A DNA stretch of 64,000 bases from positions 101,928,001 to 101,992,000 of the forward strand of contig OZ024740.1 of assembly GCA_964016885.1 (NCBI GenBank), read 5' to 3'. How positions within the stretch are numbered: the stretch's first letter is position 1; the number at the start of each line of letters is the position of its first letter. The stretch comes from Eledone cirrhosa (Eukaryota). Position numbers and translations under genes: made by a program. Positions 42,521 to 54,715 of the stretch are shown in pieces. The notes under the pieces were generated by a model that was given only the letters and a program-made list of their open reading frames with translations, was not told the origin of the DNA and did no database searches.

Positions 42521-45500
42521 GCATCCTGAATGTAATATGCTGGAAAATATAACAAAAGGCATTTAGTATGATACTCTAATGATTCTACCAATGCACCACC
42601 ATTTGAGATCATAATGTTAATAGCTTTCTAAGATCAGCTTAACAACAAATCTTGCAACACTACAGAATGCCTGCCTCTTGGTACAGGTAAAACCTTAAGA
42701 TATGCACTAAACATCTTAATATATAAGCAGTGGTGTCATTTTCAGTGAATAAAACCATGAGAACCACCAACACTATTGCTGTGAAAATTACAAAGAAAAA
42801 ATAATAATAATGCTTCAAGAAACATTAGAAAAATTTGAAATGACTATAACAATAGTAAATCACTACAACTACTACTACTGCGTCCATTTTTTTATCTCTT
42901 GAGATACTTTCTCTGATTTTCTCAACTATTATTTACAGTGATCTAATATTGCTGTCTTTATTTGTGTTGGGACGCATACATTTTAAATAATAATAATAAC
43001 TTTTTTAATTTCATTAAAATTTCGTAAATGCATTGATCTTCCTTGTTCATGAAAGTTTATTTTTATTTCCAGCTCAATTTGGTGGCGCTTGATTAGGATA
43101 AAATTACATCAATGGAAAAGCAAATGTGCTGAAACTGGCTCTATGAAACATTAAAGGTAAACATTATCATTGTATTATATTTGACAAATCCAATATGTTT
43201 TAACCTTTTTATGGTTGTTCTTTGTGACCATAACAGATTGTGTTTCAATTAGTTTTGCTTTCTTGAAATATGACCAAGTTTATTAAAGATGGTAAATTGG
43301 CAGAGTTGCTACAATGTTGTATAGAATATCTTGTAATATTTCTTCTTCTCTACATATTGTGTTCAAATCCTACCATAGTCGACTTTATATCTCATCCTTA
43401 GGGGAGTGGGCTGGAGGATAAGATAATGAACCAGTCCATGGTGTTGGGTTGATGGAATTGTTAAAGCATTAAATGAGTAGCTGTGTGGTATCTCTTCTGG
43501 TATTTTACATCCTGCGTTCAAATTCCACCAATGGTCAAAGAAAATCACGTGACTACAGAAACAATTAATTATGAATTGGGTAGAGGTGGATTGTGGCAGG
43601 GTGCTACTGCAATCTAACGATGATGATGATGACTGAGTATATTTTTTTTTTTAAATGTATTAAATATCCTTATTATTTAATGTAATAAAACTTACAAAGT
43701 TTTAACAAAAATGAATATTATAATGGTATTTCTGGCTGCTGGATGGAATTGCAGGTCATCGTTCATTTCACACTGTAATATTGAAATTTTTATTGAGATT
43801 TTAATTTAAATATGAACTCTTTGACCCTTTCATAGCCATATTTCTAATAAAAATACAGCCTGTGTGTTTCAATTTATTTTGAAAATAATCGACAATTTCA
43901 AGGAATTTAGTAAAATTACTAACATTTTCAGAGTTGTGTTTATTTGGCAAGTGAATTGATCTGATACTGTGTGTTGAAACTAAAACAATTACATCATGGA
44001 AGAGTGATTTTAGCCACTCAAAAGAAAAGAAAAAAAATCTGTTAAAATCACTTTACATTAATCATTTCTTAGTGACATTTTTGTCACACTCTTTGCAAGT
44101 TAGTCACTGACATAGTTCCTCTGAAAATATACATATTTGTATTTTTAATGGTTGAAATGACTCTTCCACAACGTAATTGCTTTTTCATTAATTGTTGTAT
44201 TAAAATGGTGAAGTTAAAGGGTATTGTAGTGAAGATGCACTGTCTAGTGGTTAGAGTGCTGGTCACACAATCATAAGGCCAGTTGATGTGTTGCTCTTCA
44301 GTCCACTGTAACAATGAGTGCCAGAAGTAGCTTGGAGTTAAATTTGCAACAGACTGAAATCCTATCCTGTAGTTGGTCCTCTATTCTCGGTTTCTTACAT
44401 TACATGAACCCAAGATAACTTCCTGGTTGATGATTCTCTAGGCTCAAGCAATACTGAATGCAATACACAAAAATATACTTCATTTACAGAAATTTCCTTC
44501 TTAGATGGAGGAAAACAAAAACAAGAGAAACTATTAATGACTCACAAAGAAAAAGACAAATATCTTAAAAATTTAGCTCCCAAAGTTGATTTACATGGTT
44601 GAAGCAAGGAAAGTTTGGTCTCTGTTTGAATGCAAGGGACAACTTTAGATTTGTATGAAAAATGATGGTGAGAGTTGTATAATATTATGACCTGTCTCAT
44701 GATTTAGTGTCAGTTAGTGTGCACAATGTAGTGGAAAATGCAAGGTTAGTGGTTTTCTTATTGTGGTCAGAGCAAGAAGTGTCAAAAACTAGATCTGTCA
44801 GGTTACCAAACCCTAAGATTAAATTATTTTATCTAAGGAGGGGCATAACTGGCAGAAGGAAAAAGGAGATACATATCTTAGAGCTAACCTAGCCACTAAG
44901 TACCTTGGTGTCAGCTCTCTATAAGTAATGTGTTACTTTTCGTAAATACTATTTGCAATTTTGCTTGTGAGTGTGTTGAGATAAAAAGAAAACATTTAGC
45001 TAGAATAATGACAATCATCCAGCAAATTAACACCAGCCACACCAACCCTGGAACCATAGATATCACAGCAATGTATTTTTATGCCTGAACAATAGATTAT
45101 TTGGTGTTTTTAGATCACCCTTCCTAATTGACTGACAATATATGTAGCATCTAATGTGAATTAGGATAACTAATTCATGCTGACCAATAGAAAACTATGT
45201 CTATATGTTCCACATATAGAGAAGTCCCTTTTGTTTTCACATGAGACATCATCAGCATCATACATCTGTTTATAACACCAACATTTATATAAACTGAGTT
45301 GTTACATCACCAACCTACCTACTCAATCATTTGCTGGTATGTGTGTGTAAGTCTATATTTACTGCTAAATTCAATCTTTGAGACTGTCAGTGATCGCATA
45401 CGATTTTTCACACCTTTTATTTTGTAAAAAAATGCAACATATATACTATTATGATGATATATCCTATGTTGGTTTCAATGATGAGCATTCATTTGTTCAA

Positions 45501-46208
45501 TCAATTGGATGTCCAACTTGTTAAATTAGTGTGTAAGTAGTAGAGTATTCCACTTACATGTTCCCTTAACATAATTCCTAAACCAAATCAGAATGATTGC
45601 ATAGCTGAGAAATACACTGCAAACACTAGAATGCATGGATGAATTGTATGGGATACGGAATGACTGTCTGGCATTGCTGTATTCTGTGAACTATTCAGCC
45701 TATTTTAGTATACACACAGATTCTCATTGTGACCATAGTGATTATAGTTAATGTAGACTCAGTTCAGGCATGACAGTTGCTGTTCCAGTGTACTTCAGCT
45801 AATAAAACAGCCTCTGTGCAATCATTTGACCTGGGTAAGATTAGCTGTAAAATCTCTTTGAAATGTTCACTACTGCCTTAAAGTAAATAAATATACAAGA
45901 CAAAATAGTTCTAAAGTTGAAATTAGCAGTTTGTAGGGTATAAAGTAAAAAAAAAAACCTTCAGTAATTGGAGAACTAGATAAATAAAAAATGAACAAAT
46001 AAAACCCTCGTCAGCTTCCGTAATGTTACACAGTTCAAAAATAAACCTAATAGTCACAGCCCACATTCCACATAAGATACATTTGATGAAACAATCTCTG
46101 CGCACATCACCAAAAAACATAACACAACACATATTTTACATAACTGATGTCTGACACTGTGTACAATTACCAATAATACAACACAGCAACCAGGCAGTAC
46201 AGTGTGTA

Positions 46209-46249
<41 letters not shown>

Positions 46250-46559
46250 CGTTTCTGAATTTGTTTAGCTAGATTCTTTATCTGAAAACGTGTGTTGAAA
46301 CCGATATTGTTATGCTTTGGGAGGGTCATGTTGCCAATAAGAAACACACGCACCAGTTGCTTTCACTCCAATTTATTATAAATTTAAGAATTTATAAATT
46401 TCAGGTTGGTTGGTTGGTTCCACAACCGGACGGTTGTTCATATATTGTCAAAGTTCTTTCGTCACACATTCTGTGACCTCTTCAGTGATTCTCCTTTGTT
46501 CTGTCCTATGCCATCTTGTTTTTGTGTGTATTGTGTGCTTGGTTTGCGCATGTGTTACA

Positions 46560-46947
46560 AAGACCTCTCTGTATAGATAAGAAATGTATAATCTGTAAAC
46601 TAAGCCCCCATATTAACTGTAAAACTAGAAATGTAGTATATAGCATAAGATGTACTGAAGGACAATGTAGAGATAAGAATATAGTGTACATAGGTGAGAC
46701 AGCTCATAGTATAGGAGAATGGATAAATGAACACTGGCAAGAGCTTCAAGATAGAAAAGAATCATCTGTACTCCACCAACATGCTAAAATAGAACATAAG
46801 GGTAAATTAGAGAACGTAGAAATAGAATCTACACACAGAAAAGACGCAATGTTTAGACAAACCACAGAGGCAATAAACATAAATGAACTCCAACCAAAAT
46901 TAAATAGAAAATATGAATGGAATAGCAACATCACAACTTACAATTAA
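46560..46947 (+). pseudogene. Penelope-like element GIY-YIG endonuclease C-terminal fragment
   Basis: CIIC...CKTRNVVYSIRC..C..VYIGET...RxxEH-like (WINEH)...SVLHQH..H...EAINI..LQPKLN, typical PLE GIY-YIG with CCHH motif. Confidence 0.88.
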
Positions 46948-47146
46948 GGACAAAATGAAAACATACACACACATAGAACAAACAACCAACCAGTAACATG
47001 TAAATAAACAAATAAATAAACAAATATAAACACACACAGACACCCGGATGTAACACATGCACAAACTAAGCACACAACACACACAAAAAGAAGATGGCGT
47101 AGGACAGAACAAAGGAGAGGCACAAAAACAAAGAAAAAAATCCCCA

Positions 47147-47189
47147 GTCACTGAAGAGGTCACAGAATCTGTGACGAAAGAACTTTGAC
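47147..47189 (+). ncRNA. Minimal type I hammerhead ribozyme (PLE pLTR)
   Basis: GTCA-CTGAAGA-G-GTCAC[agaatct]GTGAC-GAAA-G[aa]C-TT-TGAC; minus-strand copies at 46447-46489 and 53502-53544. Confidence 0.75.
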
Positions 47190-47344
47190 AATATATGAAC
47201 AACCGTCCGGTTGTGGAACCAACCAACCAGAAATTTATAAATTCTTAAATTTATAAATTTAATTTATGATAAATTGGTGTGAAAGCAACTAGTGCATGTA
47301 TTTCTTTTTGGCAACATGACCCTCCCAAAGCATAACAATATATA

Positions 47345-47771
47345 TCATCATCATCATCATCACCGTTTTACGTCCGTTCTTCTATGCTAGCATGGGTTGG
47401 ACCGGTTGTCCTGTTGTGGGCAGTGTCTGGTCGGCTGACCATGCCTTGCTCATACAGGAACTGATTTTCGCTTGATTTCTACAGCTGGATGCCCTTCCTA
47501 ACACCAACCTCATTTACAGTGAGTGCTGGGTGCTTTTTTCCATGGCGCCTACACGTCCACTTTACAGTGTGGGCTGGGTGCTTTTTTGCCGTGGCACCTC
47601 CATGACCACTTTGCAGTGAGAGGGTGTGGGGCATATTGTCTATATGCTTCAGATTGTACCCATGGGAGGTCGGGTACTCTGTATTACTGCGTGACGCCAG
47701 AGGTCACGGTCGTGTGTCATCGCCTTTGAGAGGTGCAACTGGGTAAGGTCAGCCCCTATAACCTCATCCCA
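47345..47771 (-). mobile_element. RTE subfamily A 3' fragment
   Basis: Near-identical to 48396-48820; (CAT)n tail abuts TATA. Confidence 0.9.
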
Positions 47772-47897
47772 GATCTTGTTACCCGGAGATTTACCCATCT
47801 GCATTGTCGAGGCTTCCAAACAACTTAAAGAAATTTACCTTATTATTCCACAATGTTACAAGCAAAGTTCAATACTCTCTTATATATATATATATAT

Positions 47898-48379
47898 ATC
47901 ATCATCATCATCATCATCAATGTTTAACGTCCGTGTTCCACGCTTGCATGGGTTTGGACGGGGGTAGTCCCACTTGAGGCAAGAGTGATTGTCTTGCTCG
48001 CATAGGACTGTCTGGCAGGTTTTCTACAGTTGGATGCCCTTCCTAACACCAACCACATTTACAGTGTGGGTCTGGGAGGTTTTTACCGTGTTGCCTACAC
48101 GGCCACATTACAGCGTGGACTGTGTGTTTTTTTGTCGTGACACCTACACGATCTCATTTGTTTCGGCCTGGATGGCGCGGCACCAACATAACTTTACATA
48201 GAACGGGGTGGTGTGGATGGGTGGGGGTGGTGGCGGGACGGGGTGTATTTTGTTAGAGATGCCTACTGGCAAGGCGGGTCTTCTCTGTTACTGAGTACCG
48301 CCAAAGGTCTCGGTCCAGTGACATTGTCTTGGAGAGGTGTAAGTGTGTGAGGTCGGAGTTTATCAGCTCGTCCCAGGTT
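47898..48379 (-). mobile_element. RTE subfamily B 3' fragment
   Basis: End of RTE ORF plus a different 3' UTR. Nearly identical copies at 53877 and 58678; this copy lacks about 28 bp present in the other two. Confidence 0.9.
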
Positions 48380-48395
48380 TATATATATATATATA

Positions 48396-51300
48396 TCATC
48401 ATCATCATCATCATCACCGTTTTACGTCCGTTCTTCCACGCTAGCATGGGTTAGACGGGTTGTCCTGTTGTGGGCAGTGTCTGGTCGGCTGACCATGCCT
48501 TGCTCATACAGGAACTGATCTGGCTTGATTTCTACAGCTGGATGCCCTTCCTAACACCAACCTCATTTACAGTGAGTGCTGGGTGCTTTTTCGTGGCGCC
48601 TACACGTCCACTTTACAGTGTGGGCTGGGTGCTTTTTTGCCGTGGCACCTCCACGACCACCTTGAGGTGGGGGGGGGGGCATATTGTTTATATGCTTCAG
48701 CATGTATCCATGGGAGGTCGGGTACCCTGTATTACTGCGTGACGCCAGAAGTCACGGTCGTGTGTCATTGACTTTGAGAGGTGTAGTTGGGTAAGGTCGG
48801 CTTTTATCACCTCATCCCAAGTCATCTTGGGTCTCCCCACTCCGCGGTTTCCATCAACTTCTAGTGCTCTGCACCTTTTTATGCAGCTGTCATCCTTCAT
48901 ACGCATCACATGTCCATACCAGCGTAACCGCCTCTCCTGCACGCAGCATTTGATTCCTCTTATGCTCAGTCTCTCTCTCAATTCATTTATGCTTTGTCGT
49001 TCACGTATATTACTGTTACACATCCATCGGAGCATGCAGGCTTCGTTTCTCTCTAATCTACGTAAGTCTTCCACCTTCAGCGCCCAGGTCTCACTACCAT
49101 GCAACATCGCTGTTCGGATACACGCATCATACAGTCTGCCTTTCATTCTGAGGGAGAAGCCTTTTGCAGCTAGCAGTGGTAGTAGTTCCCTAAACTTCTT
49201 CCATCCCGTTCTTACCCTAGTTATTGTACTTTCTGAGCACCCACCTCCGTTGCTAATTCGGTCACCTAGGTAGCAGAAGCTGTCTACTGTTTCTACAGGG
49301 CCCTCCCAGAGATTGGTGGTACTTGTTTCCTGTGGCTGTTTGCTTGCTGTTTCAGCACAGCTGCTGCATGTGAATCCTACATTCTTAATTAAGCTTCCTG
49401 AGATCCCGCTACATCTCTTGTGTACCCATTGTTTGCATTTGGGGCAAAGAATGGAGTTCCTACCTACACCTTTCCTACATACTGAGCAAGGCCATTTCCC
49501 TGAGGGGATCTGGGTTCTGTTTTCTCGTCTACTTATAAGGACCTTAGTCTTTGTCATGTTGACTTTGAGGCCCTTTCTCTCTAGTCCCTGCTTCCAGGTT
49601 TGGAATTTATTCTCTAGTTCTACCATAGATTCAGCTATGAGTGCGAGGTCATCAGCATACAGGAGTTCCCATGGGCATCCGGTCTTAAACTCCTCCGTTA
49701 TTGCCTGCAGGACTATGATGAACAGGAGAGGGCTAAGAACAGAGCCCTGGTGGACCCCAACCTGTACGCTAAATTCCTCGCTATACTCATTGCCAATCCT
49801 AACTTTGCTGACTGCTCCCCTATACATGGCTTGTACCGCTTTCACAAGCCATTCATCTACTCCTAGTTTTCTAAGAGCCCACCAGATTACTGCACGTGGA
49901 ACTCTGTCAAAGGCTTTCTCAAGGTCGACAAATGCCAAGTAGAGTGGCTTACTTTTAGCTAGGTACTTTTCCTGTAATTGCCTCACAAGGAAGAGCGCAT
50001 CAGTGGTGCCTTTCCCTGGTACAAACCCAAATTGCATCTCGTCTATATTCACCCGGTCCCTAATCAGCTGTGCTATAACTCTTTCTGTTACTTTCATGAC
50101 CTGGTCCATCAACTTTATACCTCTATAGTTTCCTCTATCTAGTGCATCGCCTTTACCTTTGTAGCAGTTGACAATGATGCTACTGCACCAATCTTTTGGT
50201 ATGGCCCCCTCTAGTATTACCTGGTTAACGATACGTGTGGTTATAGTGTGACCTACAGACCCAGATGCCTTCAGCATCTCGGCAGCTATACCCGATGGAC
50301 CGGTTGCCTTCCCTATCTTCATATCTCTGATTGCCTTACTTACTACGCTGCCGCTGACTTGTACTGCTGGTCCCTCTATAGGGTCTACGTGGGGTAGGGT
50401 CTCTTCTTCCCATGCATTCTCCTCATTTAGTAATCTATCATAATGACTCTTCCATGCATCTTTCTTCTCAGCACTTGTGAGGGCAAGCTCACCTTTATCA
50501 TTCCGGATACACTTCTCTCCAATGACATCACAACTATCTCTGACACACTGCCTCGCAATCTTGAATACCTCCTGTTTCTGGTCCTCACGTTGTAAAACAT
50601 GCTTGAATTTTCTATCCTCTGCTTCCCTCCTAGCTAAGTATACTTGTCGCCTAGCTTCCCTCTTGGTCTCTATGTAATGTACCCTGCTCCCCCCGTTCTT
50701 CCATTCTTTCCATGCCTGTCTCTTGGCCTTGACTGCTTCATCTACCTTATTGTTCCACCACCAAGTCACTCTCCTCCTGCTTGAGGTCTTACTCCAGCCA
50801 CAAACCTCATCCGTCGCCTCTAGTAAGTTATTTTTTAGGAACTCCCAGTTCTCTTCTACGTTAAATGTCTCTATCTGTTCTTCTTTACTGTCGTAGGCGT
50901 TGAGTAAAATATCTTTAAATCTGTTACTGGTTGAGGGGACTTTCAGCTTCCAGATCTTTCTTCTCCAGGCTGGCCTCTGTTTCAGGGCTCGTCTAGTTCT
51001 GACCGTGAGGTCGCTGACAACTAAGCTATGTTGGGATGTACATTCCTCACTAGGGAAGGCTTTTGTGTTTACGACCGTCCATCTGTCACGTCCTCTGATG
51101 AGGATAAAATCTAACTGACTAGAGTGCTCCCCTGATCTATAGGTGATCAGGTGGTTGTCGGGTTTTTTAAAGTTTGTGTTACATATCGACATGTCATTGG
51201 CGTCGCAGAATTCTAGAAGTCTGAATCCTTCCTCATTCCTTGTGCCAACTCCATGGCCTCCATGTACTCTATTGAAGCCGTCGCAGTGTTTACCTACGTG

Positions 51301-51558
51301 TCCGTTAAAATCTCCTGCAATGATTAGGAAGTCCTTGTCGTCTGTTAGAGCAGTAGTGTGTATTAGGGACTCGTAAAACCTATCCTTAAGTTCGTCTGGC
51401 AGCCCCGATTGGGGTGCGTAAGCTGATATTATTGTGGTAATTGTCTTATTCAGGACTAGTCTGAGTTTAATGATTCTTGCATTTACCCTGTACACTGAGA
51501 TTACTTTATCTACCCACTTGTCAGCTAATAGTATACCTACACCACCCATCCCATCGTC
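48396..51558 (-). mobile_element. RTE LINE insertion, subfamily A, with 3' UTR and (GAT)n tail, flanked by TA repeats on both sides
   Basis: ORF followed by a ~300 bp UTR ending CCATGCTAGCGTGGAAGAACGGACGTAAAACGG(TGA)n; TATATA at both junctions. Confidence 0.95.
48697..51549 (-). CDS. RTE-clade LINE ORF (APE endonuclease, reverse transcriptase, PHD-like Zn finger); 5'-truncated but otherwise uninterrupted, 950 aa
   Basis: APE motifs GVGILL, SAYAPQ, GDFNGHVG, LDFIL, SQH. RT motifs NYRGIKL, QFGF, AFVDLEKAFDRV, GVHQGSVLSPLLF, YADD, YLG. RTE C-terminus RRLRWYGHVMR..RGVGRPKMTW. The ORF starts inside the APE domain at a (TA)n junction. Confidence 0.97.
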   Translation of the reverse strand: MGGVGILLADKWVDKVISVYRVNARIIKLRLVLNKTITTIISAYAPQSGLPDELKDRFYESLIHTTALTDDKDFLIIAGDFNGHVGKHCDGFNRVHGGHGVGTRNEEGFRLLEFCDANDMSICNTNFKKPDNHLITYRSGEHSSQLDFILIRGRDRWTVVNTKAFPSEECTSQHSLVVSDLTVRTRRALKQRPAWRRKIWKLKVPSTSNRFKDILLNAYDSKEEQIETFNVEENWEFLKNNLLEATDEVCGWSKTSSRRRVTWWWNNKVDEAVKAKRQAWKEWKNGGSRVHYIETKREARRQVYLARREAEDRKFKHVLQREDQKQEVFKIARQCVRDSCDVIGEKCIRNDKGELALTSAEKKDAWKSHYDRLLNEENAWEEETLPHVDPIEGPAVQVSGSVVSKAIRDMKIGKATGPSGIAAEMLKASGSVGHTITTRIVNQVILEGAIPKDWCSSIIVNCYKGKGDALDRGNYRGIKLMDQVMKVTERVIAQLIRDRVNIDEMQFGFVPGKGTTDALFLVRQLQEKYLAKSKPLYLAFVDLEKAFDRVPRAVIWWALRKLGVDEWLVKAVQAMYRGAVSKVRIGNEYSEEFSVQVGVHQGSVLSPLLFIIVLQAITEEFKTGCPWELLYADDLALIAESMVELENKFQTWKQGLERKGLKVNMTKTKVLISRRENRTQIPSGKWPCSVCRKGVGRNSILCPKCKQWVHKRCSGISGSLIKNVGFTCSSCAETASKQPQETSTTNLWEGPVETVDSFCYLGDRISNGGGCSESTITRVRTGWKKFRELLPLLAAKGFSLRMKGRLYDACIRTAMLHGSETWALKVEDLRRLERNEACMLRWMCNSNIRERQSINELRERLSIRGIKCCVQERRLRWYGHVMRMKDDSCIKRCRALEVDGNRGVGRPKMTWDEVIKADLTQLHLSKSMTHDRDFWRHAVIQGTRPPMDTC

Positions 51559-51586
51559 ATATATATATATATAATTATATATATAT

Positions 51587-51625
<39 letters not shown>

Positions 51626-51642
51626 AATATATATATATAAAT

Positions 51643-51699
<57 letters not shown>

Positions 51700-51927
51700 A
51701 ATATATATATATATATTTATTAAAATAAATATTTGCTCTACGGTTCTTATATATTTGATATATATTTATCCTTATCGAGCCTTCTTTGGATTTTAGTCTT
51801 CAAATTTATTATTATTACTATATATATATATATATATATATATAAATATATATATATTTATATATATATATATATATATTAATATATAATTATAATAATA
51901 AAATGTGGAGAGGAAGCACACGAGTTA

Positions 51928-51981
<54 letters not shown>

Positions 51982-52172
51982 ACAGGTTGAAAGAGACGAT
52001 TATTAGGAAGAAAAAACTTTTTTTTTTCCTTTTTTATTTCTCTCTCTCTTTTTCCTGGGTTAGAAAATGATTAAAACAAAATGTTTTATTTTGTGTGAAG
52101 TGTTAAGGTATTAGTTGATTTATTTATTATTTAACAATGGCATTTATTTATCTATTTATATATTTAATTATT

Positions 52173-52217
52173 GTCTATTACCGGTTTCAGCATTTTTATG
52201 CATTATCAAATGATAGT
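52173..52217 (-). ncRNA. Degenerate minimal hammerhead in a TA-flanked AT-rich element (about 51977-52478)
   Basis: TTGATAA-tGCAT[aaaa]ATGCt-GAAA-CCGG-TA; palindromic ACCGGT stem III typical of dimeric PLE hammerheads; core has two mutations. Confidence 0.5.
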
Positions 52218-52505
52218 GAAATGTATTAGTGTGGTGTCGCACATGTTAAAGAGAAGGTGCAGAAAGAATAATGTTATTTACAAACAAGGTTTATGAAGTG
52301 AAAAGAAAAAAGAAAAAAGAAAAAAGAAAAAAGAAAAAAGATAAAAGAAAAAAGACGGGCATAATGTAGAGCATAAAAAGTCAATGTGAAAGAAAAAGTA
52401 ATGTTATTTACAGGCATAGTCCTTGAAGTTAAGCAGATCAAAATGTATTAATATAGCAAGAGTGCTTAGTTGATCTATATATATATATAAATATATATAT
52501 ATATA

Positions 52506-53272
52506 TTTTTTTTTTCTTGGGCGGGTAAAATTCCCAAGATCCATGAACGATTCTCTCCAGCTGTCTCTCTCCCTCATTATTGCTGCCATGTCCTGTGTCT
52601 CCAACAGACCAGTTTCTGTCCTTAGGGCATCAACATACGTTAACCTTGGTCTTCCTCTTCCAGTGTGTCCATGTAGGGGCTCCCACAGGAGCACTGTGTG
52701 CAATGTCAACTCTGGATGTCGGTGAGCATGTCCAGCTAACCTCCGTCTCCTCTGTGTCACTTTTGAGCTGACTTTTGGGAGACTCCCATACAGCTCTGAG
52801 TTTTTCATTCGATGCTAAATTTGCCGACGACATAGCTTTGGTGACAAATACAGTGAAGGAGGCAGAGGATTTGATGCTGGAGGTTGAGACTGTGTCGATG
52901 AGTGTGGGGCTCAGAATGAATGAGACTAAAACAAAATATCTGGTAGAGAATGTTGAGAAGCCAGAGGGGATCACTAATGCAGGCGGGAAGCCGCTAGAAC
53001 TGGTTGAGGAATTCCTGTATTTGGGAGCAAAGATTGGGAATACAGAAGATGATGTGGTTGAGAAGAAGAGCAAGGCCTGGGTCGTGTGCCACAGCTTGAG
53101 ATCAGTGTGGAAGTCAGACCTTCGTAAAGACCTGAAAATCCGCCTCTTCATTGCTGTAGTGGAATCTGTGCTGCTGTACGAGTCTGAGACTTGGACACTG
53201 ACCAAGAAACCCACTCAGATGGTGGATGGGTGCTACACAAGAATGCTGAGGATGGCTCTGAACATTAATCAG
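52506..53272 (-). mobile_element. Distinct RTE-like LINE insertion with 5' inversion (3' part on minus 52506-52808, RT part inverted on plus 52810-53272)
   Basis: Plus strand: FADDIAL...FLYLG...LLYESETWTL...RMLRMALNINQ. Minus strand: ELYGSLP...RRRLAGH..WEP..GRGRPRLTYVD, then a poly-A tail into (TA)n. Confidence 0.88.
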
Positions 53273-53287
53273 TATATTTATATATAA

Positions 53288-53743
53288 ATATTTTGTTTCT
53301 TAATTTGTTTAGCAAGATTCTTTATCTGAAAACGTGTGTTGAAACCGATATTGTTATACTTTGGGAGGGTCATGTTGCCAATAAGAAACACACGCACCAG
53401 TTGCTTTCACTTCAATTTATTATAATAAATTTATAAATTTAGGAATTTATAAATTTCCGGTTGGTTGGTTGGTTCCACAACCAGATGGTTGTTTATATAT
53501 TGTCAAAGTTCTTTCGTCACACATTCTGTGACCTCTTCAGTGACTGGGGATTCTTTTCTTTGTTTTTGTGCCTCTCCTTTGTTCTGTCCTACGCCATCTT
53601 GTTTTTCTGGTTGTGGAAACAACCAACCAACCGGAAATTTATAAATTCCTAAATTTATAAATTTATTATAATAAATTGAAGTGAAAGCAACTGGTGCGTG
53701 TGTTTCTTATTGGCAACATGACCCTCCCAAAGTATAACAATAT
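53288..53743. mobile_element. Non-coding fold-back copy of the same Penelope-like pLTR
   Basis: 53288-53605 matches 46247-46520; 53606-53743 is its inverted partial copy ending at the same ATAACAATAT site as 47341. Confidence 0.88.
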
Positions 53744-53876
53744 ATATAAATATTTATATATATATCATCATCATCGTTTAACATCTATCTTCCACGCTAG
53801 CATATATATATATATATGCTAGTGTGGAAGATAGACGTTAAACGATGATGATGATATATATATAAATATATATATA

Positions 53877-54432
53877 TCATCATCATCATCATCATCAGCG
53901 TTTAACGTCCCGTGTTCCACGCTTGCATGGGTTTGGACGGGGGTAGTCCCACTTGAGGCAAGAGTGATTGTCTTGCTCGCATAGGACTGTCTGGCAGGTT
54001 TTCTACAGTTGGATGCCCTTCCTAACACCAACCACATTTACAGTGTGGGTCTGGGAGGTTTTTACCGTGTTGCCTACACGGCCACATTACAGCGTGGACT
54101 GTGTGTTTTTTTGTCGTGACACCTACACGATCTCATTTGTTTCGGCCTGGATGGCGCGGCACCAACATAACTTTACATAGAACGGGGTGGTGTGGATGGG
54201 TGGGACAGGGTGTATTTTGTTAGAGATGCCTACTGGCTGGAGTAGGTTTTACTATATATATTTAGGTAAGGCGGGTCTTCTCTGTTACTGAGTACCGCCA
54301 AAGGTCTCGGTCCAGTGACATTGTCTTGGAGAGGTGTAAGTGTGTGATGTCGGAGTTTATCAGCTCGTCCCAGGTTTTTCTAGGTCTGCCTATTCCGTGA
54401 CTACCGTCTATCTTTATTGCCCTGCACTTTGT
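53877..54432 (-). mobile_element. RTE subfamily B 3' fragment
   Basis: Encodes KCRAIKIDGSHGIGRPRKTWDELI...EKTRLT* followed by the B-type UTR and (GAT)n tail; TA flanks. Confidence 0.9.
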
Positions 54433-54464
<32 letters not shown>

Positions 54465-54715
54465 CCTATCCAGGTGAAACTTGAACCGTTAAGGTCTCAT
54501 TCATGGATATGTCAATATTTATAAAACAAACTTTGTATTTTATTTGATGAGATCGTACCAAAGTTTTGGTACCCTTGAAATAGAATAAATATGGTTTTAT
54601 AAATATAGAAATAGAATAAATATGGTTTTATAAATATAGTTTCCAGTTATTAATGTCATTGATATATATATATTTATATATATATAATTATGTATGTATA
54701 TATATATATATATAC

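Larger units (their letters stand above)
46247..47341. mobile_element. Penelope-like element insertion with inverted pseudo-LTRs in (TA)n
   Basis: 46303-46559 is the reverse complement of about 47050-47341 (with indels); GIY-YIG fragment lies between; TA repeats on both sides; hammerhead motif in each arm. Confidence 0.88.

Noticed and set aside
48827-51376. Plus-strand ORFs overlapping the LINE
   Set aside because: Antisense shadows of the RTE ORF
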